Assembly (NCBI GenBank): GCA_963727895.1
Contig: CAVSHT010000004.1
Span: 32,001 to 96,000, forward strand
Reading direction: 5' to 3'
DNA length: 64,000 nucleotides
Source: an uncultured Methanosarcinaceae archaeon
GTDB taxonomy: Archaea; Halobacteriota; Methanosarcinia; Methanosarcinales; Methanosarcinaceae
Made by a program: the position numbers and the translations under genes. Below, piece after piece: positions 47,114-58,784 of the stretch (position 1 is the stretch's first letter; every line of letters begins with the position of its first letter). The notes beneath the pieces are model-generated. The model was not told the DNA's origin, did not search any database, and was given only the letters and a program-made list of their open reading frames with translations.

Positions 47114-47565
47114 TTCTATTAACTCCCCTTTTATTATCCCTATTCTATTGTCTTTAAATCCAGTTAATCCATAAGGAAAATCAGATTAGAAGCTATCAAA
47201 GAGCAAACAAAATCATACAAAAAAAGATAATAAAGTTCGATGACTTCTATCAAAATATGAACCGAAAAGAATGCATAAAACAATTATTAGAATACTTGGT
47301 TGGGTCCATTATCATAGTAGTAATAGTCAAATTAGGTTTTACAATATTTTTGAAACTCTTTAAGTAAATACAGAAACACTTAACAAACTCACAATATCAC
47401 TTATACTATAAAGTTTTTCATTTATTCTAAAAATAACCAGATTTTTTGCAACAGAACCAAGAATTCTACAGAGCCATTATATTATTTTCTATTTTATGCT
47501 AAAGAACTTCCAGATTCAAGATAAAAAACACAAAAGTTAACATTCTGAACGTAAATGTATCCAAT

Positions 47566-48075
47566 ATGCAACAATTAGAAGTAGGAAAACCATATAATGC
47601 AGGATTAAAACGAATTCCTGAAGGCTTCACTTTCTTTTTCAATCAAGGTGGTGGTTTTCTCCAGATAGTTTTTGATAGCCCTCTTGATTCGGAAATTAAA
47701 GAAATCAAAAATGGGGAAATAAAACTCGGGCTCATTGAAGAAAAAGGAATTATATTTCTTCTTTTTAAATTCGGACATTTACCCTGGATGGATACACCTT
47801 ATAATGTTGCTCTTTCTAAGCCTTATGACCTGGAAGAGCTCACAGACGAAAAGACAGGTTATGTGGTTCAAATCGTGTTAATTGACGGAATGACAAGCAT
47901 AGTGAAGGCTCTGAAGTTAATAGAACTTCCCCATGAAATGTCAAAAAGATTCAAAGAATTGATTGAAAACCAAAGAAAAGCTCCGACGACGGATTATGAA
48001 GCAGTTTTGAATCAATTATATTCAACATATGACACTATTGATTTTCTAACCGAAGCTGATACTTATACATTATAA
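47566..48075 (+). CDS. hypothetical protein
   Basis: 169-aa ORF with normal composition. Confidence 0.7.
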   Translation: MQQLEVGKPYNAGLKRIPEGFTFFFNQGGGFLQIVFDSPLDSEIKEIKNGEIKLGLIEEKGIIFLLFKFGHLPWMDTPYNVALSKPYDLEELTDEKTGYVVQIVLIDGMTSIVKALKLIELPHEMSKRFKELIENQRKAPTTDYEAVLNQLYSTYDTIDFLTEADTYTL

Positions 48076-48608
48076 TTCCTAATTTTTTTCATTTTGAGAG
48101 ATATACAAGTTTCCAATCACACTTTTTATTCCTTATCTTCTCAATGTGGTATTCTTCTGAATATAGTTTACACGCACATTTTGCGATCTTGAAAGCTTCT
48201 TTTAATTTATGTTGTAAGGCCGGTGAATAATACCTCAATTTAACCGGATTTAAATTCCCCAATTTCCAATCCTCAAGAAAAGCTTGACTAAAATCTCTTT
48301 TTTCCGTAAAAGTTTTCAAGAATTTAGCTTATTTTTTGAGGGTAGATTTCGATTGCAAAAAAAGTAACATGTTTTGAATATCTAAAAAATAAAAGAAGAG
48401 AACAATAAAAACACGGAGACTTTTTTATATTATCGAAACATTAGTTGTAAAAAAGATTAATTGGTAGGGTTCTATGTTTGCCGCATTGAACCCTAACTCC
48501 CCTGCAAATAGGAGAAATCTTAATGATTGGTAGTTGTAATAGAGATAGCATTGCATATATATTTTGCGCACTGTATGATGAATACTGTTTTTATACAGGA
48601 GGCTTAAA

Positions 48609-48704
48609 ATGAGCCTCGCTGATTATGTACATATAAAGTATATCCCTCTATTTTCGGATCCAGAATTTCTCGAGATCATAGGAATGGGGGTAAGATATCT
48701 ATGA
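48609..48704 (+). CDS. 31-aa ORF homologous to the N-terminus of 5081..5782, coupled by ATGA overlap to 48701
   Basis: MSLADYV...F..P.F.E...RYL* after a GGAGG RBS. Confidence 0.5.
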   Translation: MSLADYVHIKYIPLFSDPEFLEIIGMGVRYL

Positions 48705-49384
48705 TTTCCCTGTCAGATATCAGTCAAGCCTTTAAAAACGCATCTGAACCGGAAAGGATAGAATTTGTGGATTTGATTGCTCCTTATATGGATAAATTTG
48801 TAAACACCTCTTTTGACGCGAGACTAGCAACTTCAGAGATAAGACCAGTTCAGAGACTTGCAGAAATTGAAACTGTTTTAGGTATTGATGACTTTTCTTA
48901 TGATGATGAAGACCACGAACCTACTATTCCTGATCATATAACCAAACTATATGATATGGTGTCTAAAATAAACACTACATTAAAGCCTGAACTTATTGAT
49001 AGATCACTTGTAGCACCTTCTAAAAATATCACAGAAATTCGCGCTGATTTTCTCGTTGAGTATATGAAAAAAAGTACTGACCTTCCGAAAGCGGTTTCAC
49101 CTTTTGCAAATATAGATATACGAGTCCTGGACTCCAGAAATTTTAAAAAATTCGTTGAAAATTATCTACCTAAGGAGTACCAGCCTGAATCCATGAAGAA
49201 TCTGAGAAAACTAAAACGAGATGTATTCGCAGCTGCTGAAAAGAGATGCTCCACTAATGATATTTTTGTTGACAAAGCAGATCATGGCAGAAGCGAACTT
49301 AGATTAATTTTCGCAAGACAAATCCCAGATGAAGAACTGCCTACGTGGATGACAGGATTACCGGAACAGGCCGTGACTGCGTAA
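48701..49384 (+). CDS. hypothetical protein, paralogue of 5081..5782
   Basis: Shared LATSEIRPVQRLAEIETVLG...DKADHGR.ELRLIFARQIP. Confidence 0.8.
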   Translation: MISLSDISQAFKNASEPERIEFVDLIAPYMDKFVNTSFDARLATSEIRPVQRLAEIETVLGIDDFSYDDEDHEPTIPDHITKLYDMVSKINTTLKPELIDRSLVAPSKNITEIRADFLVEYMKKSTDLPKAVSPFANIDIRVLDSRNFKKFVENYLPKEYQPESMKNLRKLKRDVFAAAEKRCSTNDIFVDKADHGRSELRLIFARQIPDEELPTWMTGLPEQAVTA

Positions 49385-49943
49385 CAGACAAGCCAGAAAG
49401 AAGGTTGAAAGCAAAAACAAGGATCTCATGAACTTCTGACTAATAAACGAAAAACTATTCAACTATAAAGTCAAGTACTGACTAAATATAATCTGAACAA
49501 CATATTAATATCATAAGATATATATAAATAAAATTATAAAAAGAAATCAAGAAATACTATTCTAAGCTTTTTCTCATAAAGTACGTTACGTAATCACGTT
49601 TGGTCACAGTCTCTCGTTGGATGAATCCGAGGGGTCAAATTTGCCCGCAGAGCCTAAAACTTTTGAGGCGAAGGCAAATACTTAACTATTTTTCTGAACC
49701 CGTTTAAGCGCCTAGAAAAATGCTGTAGAAAAATAGGAGGGTGCAGGAGAGGTGATAGAGAACTCCTGCAATGTTTTTAATGGTAACAAAACTTTTAGTA
49801 AGTGCATTATATTAAATGTATTCCAATATATATACAATGTTTACAATAATATTGGCTGATTTGTTGAAATATTGGTGTGTTCTTCTGGCTGGCTGCTCCC
49901 TGTGCCTTGCACGTCTATATAATCATTTAGAGATACAAAAAAG

Positions 49944-50799
49944 GGTTCCGTTGCAAAAAATTTCAGAATCAGCACGTAAATCTACAGACAATGAACAAAA
50001 ATTAAAATATTCAAAAAAATGTGTCAATATTATAGAACTATTCCAAATAATTGATTAATATATTTAGCTTCATTAAGACCAGAGTAATTTAGATTCTTGA
50101 CTTGTCCTTTTTTAATCATATTCATCGCTTCAATTCCTTTTAAAGTTTTAGTGGCTGTATGAAAAGACTGAAATCCTAACATTGGATTAACTATTCGTTT
50201 AATGGATCTATGATCTTGTTCTATAATGTTATTCAAATACTTGATTTGTCGAATGCCTACGTTTATAGGTAGTATTTTATCATTTTTCAGTTTATTTATA
50301 GCAGGTGGATAAGCTGGATTTTTATCAACTGTGATTACTCTTGGAATTTGACTATGATTAGAATTCAAAGCTTTCTTAAAGAAACGTTTTGCTGCTTTTT
50401 GGTCTCGTTTTGCACTTAACATGAAATCAATTGTATCTCCATTTGAGTCAACTGCTCGGTAAAAATATTTCCATTTACCTCTCACTTTTATATAGGTTTC
50501 ATCAACTCTCCAAGAGTTATTAGTTGGTGTTAAATATCTACGTACCTTCTTTTCGATTTCAGGTGAATATTGATGTATCCATCTCATAATGGTTGTATGG
50601 TTGACTATTATCCCTCTTTCTGCCATCATTTCCTTTAAATTTCGATAACTTAATGGATATTTTAAGTACCATCTAACATTCAATAAAATAATTTCACCCA
50701 CAAAATGCTTCCATTTAAAGGGATTAGATAGCATGTCATTATCCTTTACTTCCCTTTTATTTGATTATATCCTTAACAGATATTTTTTGCAACGGAACC
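49944..50799 (-). mobile_element. IS6-family element with intact transposase (50030..50734)
   Basis: Both IRs present. 234-aa DDE ORF. Confidence 0.95.
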
Positions 50800-51705
50800 C
50801 TTTGACTTTTGTTTATCATACATATATTACGTGCTTATTCTGATTTTTTTGCAACGGAACCATAAAAATGTGAAAGTTGGGTTTAAAATGGAAAACCATT
50901 AACAGTGGTAATAATATCAACCAAGTACCAAATGAAAAGCAAATGTTCACCTCAGTTCACTGATACTATATTGTATGTTCATGTTAAAAAAGTTATCCTG
51001 TTATCCAGGCAATAAATAAAACAATGTCACGGTAAAAAAGAAAACCTTTCTTTTGATTGGTTGCACTTTTTGCAGTAAATAAGTCTGCTGTGTGTGTTTA
51101 GTTGTGGATATATTCGCACTAAAAAAAGAGAGTAAGAAAATAATTAATATAATTAAACAATTTCTAGAAGCAACAGTTACTGAGTAACGAGCAGTAATGC
51201 CTGGTGTTTACGGTCTAGGGAAGAGGTGAGACAGAAAACTTAATACCTATCTTCCCATATTTTGTAAGTTCATTCACCCTTTGCACAACCAAGTGACCTC
51301 TAACTCTGTAAAATTTTAAATGTCTTAAAAGTATATAAGAGTTATTAAAGAGATATCCTGATACAAACCTTTTAATGTTCTATTCGTATTTAGTGAAGAA
51401 TATTCTAAATTTCTATAGAAAAATAAGTTATTTTCCCTTAAAATGCGAACTTTGTACCTTAAAAAAGTTCGTAAAATCAAAACATCATTTGATGTTTTGA
51501 AACAGGCTTTAACCCTACTATTTACATGTTTATTCTGAAATTTTTGCAACGGAACCCTAAATATTACAGTCATCGGCAGTAACCCGGAAAAGTCCAGGTT
51601 TTCTAAAATATCAGGTAAATTCACTTCCATGTAATTTTGATATTTTTTTGAGAATATAATAAATGATAACGCAACGATTAGCAACAAGAAGGATATTTTT
51701 TTATT

Positions 51706-51742
51706 TCATTCGAATACCTCGCAGCAAGCTGCGGGGTGTGCC
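51706..51742. repeat. palindrome resembling an IS200/IS605 end
   Basis: ACCTCGCAGC-AA-GCTGCGGGGT hairpin. Confidence 0.45.
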
Positions 51743-51773
51743 AGTGCAACTTTGATTGTTTTGAATCAGCTCA

Positions 51774-53267
51774 TCAGGCTCGAAGTTCTTTCAGTATCTT
51801 TTTCACATTTGTATCGGTTTTCAAAACATACAAATAATAAATGCCAATAGTCATGCTGGAAAAGACAACAAGCAATGTCTGATTTATTTCCGCAATTTTC
51901 AGGGCAATCAGGACTATTCCTACAGGGACAAAAAGAATAAAATTCGAGAATACGATTTTTAGGGCTCTTGAAATCTTTACTCCGGAATAAGACATCATTT
52001 TCAGGCAAAGGTAGCCGTATACCACGATTCCTGATATTGAAAAAAGAATAAGTGCTATACGTGCGCTTCCAAACAAACCGCCGATAATAAGTGAAAGAAA
52101 ACGTGTAGCTAGGTTGAAAAAATTGTAACGAAAACCAAAATCATACTTTTCAACTACAAGATATATTCCGGTTAGTGGAGATGAGATAAACCAGACAAAA
52201 GCCCAAAGCCCAAGGATTTGGGTATAAACCCCTGCTTCTGCCCAGGCTCTTCCGAAAACCACAGTAAAAACATCACTTCCTACAATTGTCAGGACTAATA
52301 TCGGAAACATACCTATTATTACAAGCATCTTGAACACATTTTCTACAAGGGCAGAGAGAGACCCCCTAGATGAGGCTCTTGATGCCCTCTGGAAAAATAC
52401 CTGTGAAATCGAACTGCCAATTAAACTCATGGGCATCTGAAGAAGTCGAAATCCAAGGGAATAAAAGCCGACGATTGTGGGAGAAAAAAAGGCTGCAAGA
52501 AGGAAAGCTGGAAGTTGCCAGGAGATAGAATTCATAAGGGCGGAAAATGAATCTACAAGTGGGAATTTACGGTACCTTTTAAGTCCTTCATACATTTTCT
52601 TCCAATTAAGACTTTTTCTGATGAGGTTTCTATCATCTCTCCAGATCTGCCCTGCAAGTATAAATGTTGCAACAGACTGACCAGTAAAACTGCCGGTTAT
52701 TAGGCCTGTAGGGCTCTTTTTTTCAACGATTCCTACAATTATCTGTATTGTAGTAGTCGAAATAGAACTCAAGATTCTTGAAAAGGACAATCTCCTGAAA
52801 AGTTTAGTCCTTGAATTCCAGCTATTCAAGGCAAGAAATATTCCATTTACAAGAACAAATGGGGGGACAAGCCAGAGGTAATTTCCTATTTGAGGAGAAT
52901 TCAAAATATTAATTATAACCTCTTTAAAGAACCATATTATTGCTAGAGTTAAAACGGTTACGACTCCTATTGCAATAAAACTCACTCCTAAGAGATTTAT
53001 GGCATCCTCATCCAATTCAGGCAACAAGATGGAGTACTCATATCGCATGCATATTATAACACTGATAACGCTGGTAATAGAACTATATAGAGCCCATACC
53101 CCAAAATTTTCAGGCTGGTATAAGCGGGTTAACACAGGAACCGATAGAATAGTAAGAATTTGAGCAAAGGTTGTCCCACCTGTAAGTGTTAACACATCGA
53201 AAGCAAAGCTTTTCTTCTTGCTATTATCAAATCGTTTTTCTGCTACATTTACTGTCATCTCATCCAT
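51774..53267 (-). CDS. polysaccharide/oligosaccharide flippase (Wzx/MOP)
   Basis: About 12-14 TM segments. PVLTRLY.PE.FG and VGFYSLG.RLLQMP motifs. Confidence 0.88.
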   Translation of the reverse strand: MDEMTVNVAEKRFDNSKKKSFAFDVLTLTGGTTFAQILTILSVPVLTRLYQPENFGVWALYSSITSVISVIICMRYEYSILLPELDEDAINLLGVSFIAIGVVTVLTLAIIWFFKEVIINILNSPQIGNYLWLVPPFVLVNGIFLALNSWNSRTKLFRRLSFSRILSSISTTTIQIIVGIVEKKSPTGLITGSFTGQSVATFILAGQIWRDDRNLIRKSLNWKKMYEGLKRYRKFPLVDSFSALMNSISWQLPAFLLAAFFSPTIVGFYSLGFRLLQMPMSLIGSSISQVFFQRASRASSRGSLSALVENVFKMLVIIGMFPILVLTIVGSDVFTVVFGRAWAEAGVYTQILGLWAFVWFISSPLTGIYLVVEKYDFGFRYNFFNLATRFLSLIIGGLFGSARIALILFSISGIVVYGYLCLKMMSYSGVKISRALKIVFSNFILFVPVGIVLIALKIAEINQTLLVVFSSMTIGIYYLYVLKTDTNVKKILKELRA

Positions 53268-53546
53268 ATCCAGTACCTTAGATGAAGTTTCCTTTAGAAC
53301 TGAGCTTCGATTCTCATTTGATAGTTAATTAATTTATAAAGTTATATTGTTAATGGTGTTAGCAAAGTACCTATAGGCAGGAACACGGGAATTATGAGTT
53401 GGGGGTATAGGATAAGCCTGCAAACGGAATTATTTAAATGGCTTAGGTTACGGATTCGCTATAACTAGGTTGTTGTGACTTGAATTCAGGTGGATTTTTA
53501 GAAATCTCTATTTTTCGCAAATGAGAACGCCGATATCGACATCCTG

Positions 53547-53695
53547 GGTTCCTTTGCAAAAAATCTGGCTTTGTTACAAAATAAGTGTAAACCTTTACAA
53601 TTTAGAAAATTAATCAATCTCGTCTACTGGGAAAAGACACATAAAGGTAAGAATATGGTAGCAAACGGCAGAAATATTATTTTTGCAACGGAACC
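53547..53695. mobile_element. IS6-derived MITE, second subfamily
   Basis: IS6-type IRs. Similar to 11878..12026. Confidence 0.7.
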
Positions 53696-54895
53696 TTTTT
53701 TATTCTATTGTATCCTTAGAAAAGATTTTTTGTAACAGAACCAAAAATGTTTATTTTTTGCAGTGGAAATATACCCACTCAAAAATAGGCCAAAATCCTG
53801 AAAAATTCCATTGGAAAAACAGTTCAGGTCATTAACACAATTAGTATTAAAAATTAAATATTTAGTAACACTTAATTAAATATGAATTCTGATTCACCTT
53901 AATTTCCTGTGGAAAGTTTGAGTTTTAAGAAGTCACAAAAAATGACAAATAGACAGGAGATTTTTCTCTAATTTTGTTCACTCGACAAAAATAAACGCTA
54001 TCGTTAAAGCGTGCCTATGTTTTTTGTTCACAAGTCATTCCAAAGACTATAGACAAGGTTTTAGAAATCGTTAGCTAGAGACTTGATATTTTGATATTGG
54101 TATTTATGCCTTCGATAAGTGTCATTCGTTAAGAGCTAAAAAAAGTAAGAAACACATAGTCAATTATGATTTACAAAACTGCCATCAAAATACCGGTAAT
54201 CAATTAATTATTTGGAATAGTTCTGTAATATTGATACATTTAAAATATTTTGCCTTTTGTTCATTCTCCATATATTTACATGCTCATTCTGAAATTTTTT
54301 GCACCAGAACCCGAATATTTTGTAAAATTGGTTTTATTGAGGACTTTAAGTATATTCAGTAAATATATGACAATTTTACTATATTGAATATATCGAAAAG
54401 ATATATAATCTTAAAATTAAATCTATATTTAGAAGGTTCTAATGACTCGATTCTAAAACTACTCGAATCCTGATATAACCACAATAAATCTTATTTTCAT
54501 CATAGCTTCTAAAAACCACTTCCTTGAAAAATCGAGTCGTGGAGCCCTCTTACAGACAGACAAGGCTGCAGGTTGTATCTTGCAGCCACAAGATCAACTT
54601 TTTGATCAAAAGTATTTGCTTTTCTTATATTATTCTGAAAATTGATATACAAGCATATACGAACATAATAGAGAAGGGTTCGTTTTTATTGATTATTCTT
54701 GTAGAATAGGATCGAAAAATCTGCAAAATTTTGTCTAAAATCCGAACGTTCTATGTCAAAAGGTCCGTATCTATAATCTCTTAAAAAATGGAGTTTTAGG
54801 GGATGCATAGGTTTTGCTTTTTACATTAAACTCTATTATTGTAAGTGCGGGATATAAAACAATTGGGATTTATAGAAGAATTGCAATACTATCTT

Positions 54896-55437
54896 TCATT
54901 TTGCTCCAGTAGTTGCTATCGTCCTATAATAATTCGAGTATTCCCGCTGCATTTCATTTATATCAGTGTTATATGCTTCCAAGTCCTCCCGTGATTTATT
55001 CATATCTTCAACAGCTTTTGAACCTTCACCACTTAACGAATCCGTTACATATTGAGTTCCATAAAATCCTGCCCAGTATGCATTATTCATTGCCTTATTA
55101 TACGCAGTTTTTGTAGGTAATAAGTCTTGTGAAACTGCTATAGCTTCGCTATGGTCCATAGCTTTTTGAGCATCTGCAGATAAAGCACTTGAATATGTTC
55201 TATAATTTTGAGTTAATTTTTCAAGATTTGCTGGAGAAATTGAACCAAAATTTACTCCAGCAGTTAATGAATTTATATCTTTGTCAACTGCAGGCTTATC
55301 GATGTTAACCGTATTGATCCATTGAGAATTCTGATTAGTCACAGTTGTCTCAGATACTGCTAAAGTAGGTGTAGTAAAAGCAACTAAACAGATTGTTAAA
55401 AAAAATAAGTTATGTATTTTGCCAATCTAGTTTTCAT
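54896..55437 (-). pseudogene. secreted helical protein with frameshift in a poly-T within the signal peptide
   Basis: GGAGG RBS, then MKTRLAKYITYFF, then shifted ICLVAFTTPTLA joining ORF 54896..55342. Confidence 0.55.
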
Positions 55438-55689
55438 ATCAAAACCCTCCGATTTTTCATAAGAACGCATTATAACATTTTAAAAATATAAATAATGCGT
55501 TAAATATAAAATATACCGTATATTATATCTAACATATAGAATCAGTATTCTTTACATGAATTCACTTTTAACATTTGGATTAAATGTTGGTTTTTTTCCA
55601 GATTCCATTGCAAAAAATCTCAGAATAAGCCTGTAAATCAATAGATAATTGATAAAAGCAGGCAGACTTCATAACTGTAACAAATACAT

Positions 55690-55870
55690 CGCTTGTTGCT
55701 TTTTTTCTGCAATTCTAACTTCAGGAACTGCACCTCCAAACGTCAGTTTTACTGACACCAATAAAGGCACACCTACTAAATGGAAATGGGACTTTGGAGA
55801 TTTAAAAACTTCAAAGGTTCAGAATCCTTCGCATGTTTATAAAAAGCAGGAAAATACACTGTTAGCTTAA
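55690..55870 (+). pseudogene. PKD domain fragment
   Basis: VSFTDTNKGTPTKWKWDFGD...QNPSHVY. Confidence 0.65.
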
Positions 55871-55931
55871 TAGAAAAGTCTTGAAATGTTAAAGTACTCG
55901 GTTCTTCTATTGATGAAATACAAAAATAAAG

Positions 55932-56160
55932 GGCATTGGTAAGTAAACATTGTTATTTATTATGAGAACCTATATTTCTGCATGAATTGCCTAAGAAACA
56001 TATACGTTTGAAGGTTATAACAGCATATTGAGGCATTTTCTGGCAAGATTGAGACGAAAAACAAAGTATTATGCGAAGAGTCTTGAAATGCTAAAATACT
56101 CGGTTCTTCTATTAATGAAATACATAAATAAAGAATTAGGTATATTTAATTAACAATACC
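55932..56160 (+). mobile_element. internally deleted IS1 (229 bp)
   Basis: Left IR and first codons fused to the transposase 3' end and right IR. Confidence 0.75.
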
Positions 56161-56352
56161 TAATTTTTTTTGCAACGGAACCATATAATTTGCTGGGATA
56201 TGGGCAAGAACAAAAAAGCAAACCCAAACAATCATTATCAAACCAAGAAAATAATAAAAAGTTCAAAATAAAAAATGAATTAAAACTAAAAAATAATTAA
56301 ATGTTAATATTTACTCAAAAACCATAAAACAATCTAAAATCATAAGACAGTC

Positions 56353-56658
56353 TTAGACTTTCTTAATCACAGTGACCTTGGTAGCAGTAGCATTTTTGCC
56401 TGCTACTGTGGTCTTAGTTGCAGTAGCATTTTTGCCTGCTACTGTGATCTTAGTTGCAGTAGCATTTTTGCCTGCTACTGTGGTCTTAGTTGCAGTAGCA
56501 TTTTTGCCTGCTACTGTAGTCTTAGTTGCACTTTTGATTCCTGAATTACTTTTTTCCGTCTTCGCGTTTATCGTTGCAGCTGTTACTGATAGCACAAATA
56601 AGACTACTAACAAAATAGCTAGTGTCTTTTTTATTCTACCAAGTGTTTGTTTTCCCAT
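56353..56658 (-). CDS. small secreted Thr/Ala/Lys repeat protein with MGKQT leader
   Basis: GGGAGTGA RBS. Signal peptide. Four 12-aa repeats (36-bp units 56387..56530). Confidence 0.8.
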   Translation of the reverse strand: MGKQTLGRIKKTLAILLVVLFVLSVTAATINAKTEKSNSGIKSATKTTVAGKNATATKTTVAGKNATATKITVAGKNATATKTTVAGKNATATKVTVIKKV

Positions 56659-57005
56659 CTGTTTTCACTCCCATTATTGTTTACAATGATACAATTTTAA
56701 TCAGTTTTTCAATTTGATGACTCAATTTAAGGACATACGGTTAGTCTGAGATATTTCTGATGTGAAATTTCACCACATAAAATACCAAGTTCATAATGTT
56801 TAATTTTGGATTCTTCAAGATGTAAGTCCTTAAATTGTCAATAAATTCTATTTTCATCGCATATTTAATGAAAACTGATTAAAAATTATATTATTAGGTT
56901 ATTATCATCTAAATGATATAATATAATAAGAATTATATATCAGAATATTATATTAATTAAAAAATTGAGCTATTTGTAAAAAGCCAGATTTTTTGCAACA
57001 GAACC

Positions 57006-57278
57006 AGATCATAGATCTATAAAGCGAATTGTTAATCCAATGTTAGGATTTCAGTCTTTTCAATCTGCTAATAAAACTTTAAAAGGAATTGAAGCGATGA
57101 ATATGATTAAAAAAGGACAAATCAAAAACCTAAATTACTCTGGCTTTAATGAAGCTAAATATGTTAATCAATTATTTGGAATAGTTCTATAATATTGATA
57201 TATTTCCTAGAATATTTTAACTTTTGTTTATTATTCATAGATTTACAGGCTTATTCTAAGATTTTTTTGCAATGGAAC
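57006..57278 (+). mobile_element. 3' fragment of IS6
   Basis: DHRSIKRIVNPMLGFQSF...KKGQ and right IR. Confidence 0.8.
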
Positions 57279-57692
57279 AGAATTTTTACACCTTTTTTGA
57301 GCTTATAGATGAAATTAAACGTTTTATAAACCTTTTTTAAAGAAAGCCGTTATAAAGCTTTATTCTAATAAGTATCTTTATAAATAAAAAGATAAAGTTT
57401 GATTGTCAATTGGTTGAGAGCTACAAAAACAATGTTTTTGGGGTATAGTTTTGTCCAAACTTATGGCGGTAAAAAATCTAGTTAAAGGTTTTGATAAAAC
57501 TCAAAAAGAACAGCAGGATTCTAAATCCTGAGTGATAAATTTAGTTTCCAATTATGAAAATGGTACTGAAACTTTGATTGATGTCAACGTAAAAGTTGGT
57601 TGTAGGATAGGCTTGAAATGAATCAATAACTCATAATTTTTATAAAAATATTTTTTAGAAGTCATGTGGTGAATCATAACAAGGAGAATATC

Positions 57693-58538
57693 ATGATAAA
57701 CATTCAATCCAATAAATTCGATACAAGCAAAATCGTTCGCAAGGTCCCGGAAATAACGCTTATGTTCTGGATCATCAAGATATTTGCCACCACACTTGGT
57801 GAGACTGGCGGGGACGCCGTTACCATGTCTATGAATTTTGGCTATCTTGCTGGCACAATGATCTTTTCTGTGGTCTTTGTCATTCTGGTTATCACACAGA
57901 TCCGCAAAAAAAAGCTCAACTCGTACATATATTGGATGACCATCGTTGCCACAACAACATTAGGCACGACATTGGCTGATTTTTGTACTCGGTCTTTGGG
58001 GATCGGATATGCGGGAGGATCCTCCCTGCTTTTGGTGCTTCTCATGGGATCACTATTCATTTGGAAGCGCGCCATGGGATCTGTTTCTGTAGATACCGTT
58101 AACTCTCCAAAAACGGAGATGTTCTTTTGGGGAACAATCATGTTCTCTCAAACCTTAGGCACAGCCCTTGGCGATTGGACTGCTGATACGATGGGCTTAG
58201 GTTATTCCGGCGCTGCTATAGTATTTGGTATTCTGTTATTATTTGTTGCGATGGCATACTTCTGGACCAAAATATCCTCCACTATCCTTTTCTGGGCAGC
58301 GTTCATTCTTACGCGACCGCTTGGGGCAGTAGTGGGTGATTTTCTAGATAAACCGATCAGTTCTGGTGGATTGGCGTTAAGCCGCTATTCAGCATCAGCA
58401 GTATTGCTCATTTGTATTGTGGCTTTAATTTTTTTATCTGAACAAAGAGCTAAACACGCTGTTTCACGTAACTATTCAGCCTATCAAAGCATGTCTATAG
58501 ATATTGATTCTGATGGCAACAAGGAATCCAATAAATAA
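57693..58538 (+). CDS. COG4705-type membrane protein
   Basis: KVPEITLMFWIIKIFATTLGET...ETxFW..TLGTALGD...FWAAFILTRPLGA repeats. Confidence 0.8.
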   Translation: MINIQSNKFDTSKIVRKVPEITLMFWIIKIFATTLGETGGDAVTMSMNFGYLAGTMIFSVVFVILVITQIRKKKLNSYIYWMTIVATTTLGTTLADFCTRSLGIGYAGGSSLLLVLLMGSLFIWKRAMGSVSVDTVNSPKTEMFFWGTIMFSQTLGTALGDWTADTMGLGYSGAAIVFGILLLFVAMAYFWTKISSTILFWAAFILTRPLGAVVGDFLDKPISSGGLALSRYSASAVLLICIVALIFLSEQRAKHAVSRNYSAYQSMSIDIDSDGNKESNK

Positions 58539-58784
58539 CTTATGAACAATGAAAAAACGCAGTTAATTGCCAATAAGCAAAGAAAACCAATTTATAGAAA
58601 TTTGTCTGTTGAATCGTAACTATTCAGCCTATGCAAAATCGATCTATTGATAGTGATTTCAGCGTAACTGATATGTGCAAGGGGGTTCCGTTGCAAAAAT
58701 AATTTTTCTGTACTTTGAGGTTATAATTGGTACCTTTATGTACTATTTTTCGGGGTTATTTTCAATCTGCTAATAAGACTTTAA

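Larger units (their letters stand above)
46192..47458. mobile_element. IS6-end-bounded cassette with res-like site and truncated recombinase
   Basis: IS6 right end at 46192..46360. CAACA-N12-TGTTG subsites at 46441 and 46523. ORF 46868..47113. IS6-type IR at 47458. Confidence 0.6.

Noticed and set aside
49816..49942. Small hydrophobic ORF (toxin-like) in the conserved block, also open in the 4.4-kb copy
   Set aside because: Differences between the two copies are mostly non-synonymous, so conservation looks non-coding.
56387..56530. 36-bp repeats as CRISPR
   Set aside because: Head-to-tail with no spacers and in frame in a coding sequence.
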